A stretch of DNA of 64,000 nt, taken from the human T2T-CHM13v2.0 reference genome, Homo sapiens. A program made the position numbers and the translations under genes. The DNA is taken from the NCBI RefSeq assembly GCF_009914755.1, contig NC_060926.1. One strand, 5' to 3'. The notes below the pieces were generated by a model, which worked only from the letters and a program-made list of their open reading frames with translations, made no database searches and was not told the DNA's origin. Positions within the stretch are counted from its first letter, which is position 1; every line of letters begins with the position of its first letter. This document shows positions 59,736-64,000 of the stretch, piece by piece.

Positions 59736-62700
59736 GAGGTCCCAAGCATGTTTCTGAGAACCTTGATTTTGCACCTTGTTTCAGACACTTTCTTGTCACT
59801 GAGCTGGTGTAGGTGGGAAGTGAAAGTGTAAAATACGGTGGTTTCCGAAATAGGGTGTTTATACACCTAAAAAGTTTTGAAAACTCCTTGATAGGCTATT
59901 TTTTAAAAATTAAGTAAAATAATCTAACAAAGTTTCTTAACTTCTCAACATTTCAACGAAACCCCAAGAGTATGTAAGGTGGGTTCATTTTTACTAATAT
60001 ATTTTGGAATTTTCTGCCACGTAAGGGACCTAAATGTAGAAAAAAAAAAAAAACAACCTAAAATTTAATGTGCATTATATTAAAAGGAAAAAAAAATCTC
60101 TCTTTATCCTCCTTTCTCTCTTCTTCCCCTTAAGTAGACATGGCGGGATTTCTTGAGCTGTTGACTGGGCTCTTCTCCCTCTCCCAGGCCACATAACTTG
60201 GTCATTCATTTCCTGTTCCCTGCTTCAGCCAAAGGCAATTTGCAGAGAGCAGAGGAAAATGGAGGTCTTCACCTTTACCTTTGAGAGCAAAGCTTCAGCC
60301 CCGGGTTAAGACCAGGGCTCAGGAAGAACATTTGGCCTTTCAAAGCAAATCTTTGGCCTCAGCAGCACAGAGGCCTCCTGAGTAGGGGGGAGGGGTATGG
60401 AGAGGCTGCAGTGTCCTGGGAAGGGCCTGTGCCCATGAAGTGGGCTTCATCCCCACTTTGTGCAGTTTGTGCAGAAAGATAGCCTCAGACAAAGTCCAGA
60501 GTGGCAGCAAAACCCTGAAGTTCCCTTGGAGAGGCAGGCTGCGCAAATGCCTATTTGGTGATTCAGAATCAACAAGCCAGGCCCAAATTTACATGGGCTC
60601 CCTCCAGGATGGGTGAGAGCTCCCAAGAGCTTCATGGGAGGTCCAAGTGGGTGGCTGTGGCCTGGAGAGAGTAGGATTGAAGCAGAGCTGGGGTGGAGTC
60701 AGAACAAGAGACAACAGCAGTGAACAGCAGGCTCTGACAACCAAAGACCAGAAAGGAGAGCATCTCCCAGCCCCCAAGGGGAGCAATGCCAGCCCCCAGC
60801 ATCAGACACATCTGCAGGAAAAGCAGGGGACTTCAGCTAACCAAGAATAATGTTCCTTTACCCAGACAGAATTGAGCCTGGGAAATTAGATAACGCTAAA
60901 GGGAAGCCAACATGCATTTTCTGCACACCTGGCTTCTGGGTCTAAGATTTTTGTCTGCTCCTAAAATGCAAGCCTTGTTGAATTGGTGTGGGCTTCTCCT
61001 TAATCGCTGGGTAAAGCAGAGGGCTGGGGCACAGCCATATGCAGTAATCAGCCTGCCCTTAACCAAAGGGCCCGAGGAAGAGGTGAGACCAAAGAAGGTG
61101 AATCACAGATTCAAAAGCGAAGCAAATAAAAGCAGTGGGGAGAGACGGGGTATGAATACGGAGCACACTTTGAGACACAGACACTTCCCAGGACCCTGCA
61201 GCCCTCTGAGCATCCCTCCGCCCTACTCAGAGGCATTTTTCCCATATCGAACTCCTCGGGGTTGGGGATTCTGGATCCTCCTATGTAACCACTCCTTCCT
61301 GCTTCATCTCAACATCTGTGTTGTTTGCAAAGAAAGTGGGCTCCATAAGGTCAAGGGTTGCCCCAGGTGCATTTGGGTGTTTAACAGGGTTTTGGGTGAT
61401 GACTGTGTAAAAGGAACAATATTAGAGTTTTTGACCAGAGTGACTGAGGAGCTCACAGGAGTACAGGGTGTATAAGTCCCACCAAAGATTCCATGTGCCT
61501 TGGGACTGCCCCATCCCATTGGGAATTCCAGTCTGGCTTCTTGGCAATGGGTGCCTGGGCAACAGAGCAACAGAGCAACAGAGCAAGGTGGAGGAGAGAA
61601 GCCCTCCTGGTACCCATCCCCACACCAGCAAGAGGGAGCGCCAGACTCACAGCCTCCCATCCCCTCCAGCCCCAGCCCACCTGACCTACATCAGCCACCT
61701 TCTGATTGATTCTGTTTTTTCCTGGGGAAAAGGCCAAAAAGCCATCTAGGCCTCAACCCCAGCATCTCTGAACCTCTGACCCAGCCCTGGACTTCCAAAT
61801 TTCAGACTTCTTTCAGGTGAGACAAGCAAACCACATGTTTTTTAAGCCTCTGCTATTCAGGTTTTCCATTGTTTGCAGCCTAACGGAGCCCTGGCTGCTC
61901 CTGTCTGGAGATGGGGCATGTGGACGAGGCCTTGGAGAGGCCAGCATCTCTCACCTCCTTTCTAGCCCACAGCTCCAGGCACGCAGACTCTTCCTGTGAC
62001 TATATAGAAGTCATCTATCTTCCTAAAGCCATAACCAGACAGACCTTCTGTCAAAAGGCAGGAGAGTTGGGAACGGGCTCTTTGAGGCCACAGATGGACA
62101 CTGTCATTGACCCCTCCAGGATCCTGTTTCCTGACATACACCCTTGATTCAGGTCATCTGGTTATTGTGAGCTGGGTCATAAATCTTAAGGAGCTCCCTT
62201 TCTTTGCAAACAACTATACGCCAAGAATACTCCTTATTTATAAAACAATATGTATGCTGGTTCTATGGAAGGTTTTCAGTCCTCAGGGTGCTAAAATTCT
62301 TGTGCCCTTCTGCCTCTTTAACCATAGCACACATGCTCAAGAGAACTAGAGTTGCCAAGAAATCATTTCTATACATGGGCTCCAACAAACCCAGGTTATG
62401 GAGGATGGCCTATTTCCAACAAGCTTCATTTAAGGTTCTCCTACATTAAAGGAATAAATATGATGATGTGAAGCAGAACATAAATGCCTGCAGAAAGTCA
62501 GAAAATTCCCTCCTGGTGCCTCATCATCATTGGGGTGAGGGGAACAAAAGGTGGAAAAATCGATTCCACCTTCTTATTCTTGGAGAAGAAAACAACTCTC
62601 TAGACAAGAACATGGACCAGCAAACAGGGAGAGACTGATTTCAGTCAATTATTGCAGTTGCCACATTTCTCAGGAGTGTTGATGTCCAGGTCGGGGCTGA

Positions 62701-63137
62701 CCCATGAATGGTCAGCAACACACTCAGGCCAACAAAGAAGGAGGAGGCCTGGCTGTGAATGAAGCATGCTCGACTTTAGCTCGTCATATGAGCAGGTCAC
62801 AGAGAGCAGATGCCTGTGGGTGCTTAGTGAACACTGCAGGGCATGGCACTGGTACTGAAAGGGACTACAGTTAAATGTTTATCAGAATGTTTACAGCAAA
62901 CTTCCCACAGCACAGGTCAGGTGAACTCTTTCTGCCCATGCATGAGCCTTTGGACAGACAGCCCCCAAAACTATGAGTCTTTAATATTAGCCTGCATCCC
63001 TCAGTTCTGGACTTTTCCACTGTACTGGGTTATACGTCATTCAAAATTCACCTCCAAAGGAACCTCAGCATAGATTCCTCACTCACTGTGGGACTGGACA
63101 CAGCCTTTCAGGGCATCTCCAAATAGAACCAAGATAG

Positions 63138-63611
63138 TGAGGTAGGGGGCGGGACTCAACTCCAGAGGCTGGGCTCAGACACTGGACCAAATTGAGAGCT
63201 AGCTGAAACAGGGCCAGGGCAGAAGCAGCTTTCCATAAGACATGCCCACCAGTGTGCCATGTCAGTTTACCATCGCCGTGGCAACACCTGAGAGTTACCA
63301 CCCCTTTCTATGGCAGTAACCCAATGACCCGGAAGTTACCACCTTTTTCCTAGAAATGCCTGCATCAACTGCCTTTTAACTTGCATGTAATTAAAAGTGG
63401 GTACAAATATGACTGCTGAACTGCCCCTGAGCTGCTACTCTGGGCACACTGCCTGTGGGGTAGCCCTGCTCCACAGGGAGCAGTACAGCTGCTGCTGCCT
63501 CAATAAAAGTTGCTGTCTAACACCACCACTTGTGCTTGAATTCTCTCCTGGGCAAAGCCAAGAATCCTCCTGGGCTAAGCCCCAGTTTGGGGTCTTGCCT
63601 GTCCTGCATCA
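63138..63611 (+). mobile_element. ERV1 solo LTR (MER66-like)
   Basis: tgaggtagggggcgggactc...ccggaagttacc...aataaaag...ctgcatca. Confidence 0.75.
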
Positions 63612-64000
63612 GTTGCAAATGGTAAGCTGATAAGAAATGAAAATGTAAGGAAAACTCCTACATACCACCCAGGGAGAAGCCCACTCCCAGGCAGCATCAA
63701 GCCCAGAAGGAAGCAAATGGGGTTTGCAGGACTGCTTGGTGTTTGTCTGTGCAACAGCCACTGGGCCTGGTACGGGGCGAGTATGTGGGCAGAAAGAGGA
63801 GCTGGCAAGTAAGAGTTAGCTTTAAAAAGATGCTGACTCTGGGCTCCCCATTTGGCCATGGCATCAAACGCTCCTGCCAAGTAATTTGGCTCACAAATAT
63901 TCACCATATGAGAATATCTGAGCATTAAAAAACAAACAAGAAAACAATCAGGAACCAAGTACCTCAGCTGGCTGGACAAAAAGGCATATGCTTACAAGCC

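Noticed and set aside
60912-61475. 187-aa ORF
   Set aside because: No recognisable protein features; composition is typical of non-coding DNA.

Overview
Primate, human-like non-coding genomic DNA. It contains AluJ/S, L1PA3/4, THE1A and MSTA elements, and it is dominated by interspersed repeats. I find no intact protein-coding gene, RNA gene, CRISPR array or prokaryote-type system. The most informative unique feature is an old, heavily decayed, intronless DBF4 retrocopy on the minus strand (~12121-13729), which appears to have been copied from an exon-skipped mRNA. Other notable items are a full-length THE1A provirus, a full-length Tigger1 carrying a nested Alu and a 5'-inverted (twin-primed) L1PA, and a full-length HSMAR2 mariner. 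There is also a ~120-bp ancient inverted duplication around a MER45A element that was later split by an Alu, several template-switch-type perfect hairpins, and a possible relic spliced gene at ~2160-2848 (minus). Repeat subfamily names and the DBF4 comparison come from my recall of consensus and protein sequences, not from a search. I do not see convincing evidence of a novel biological system.
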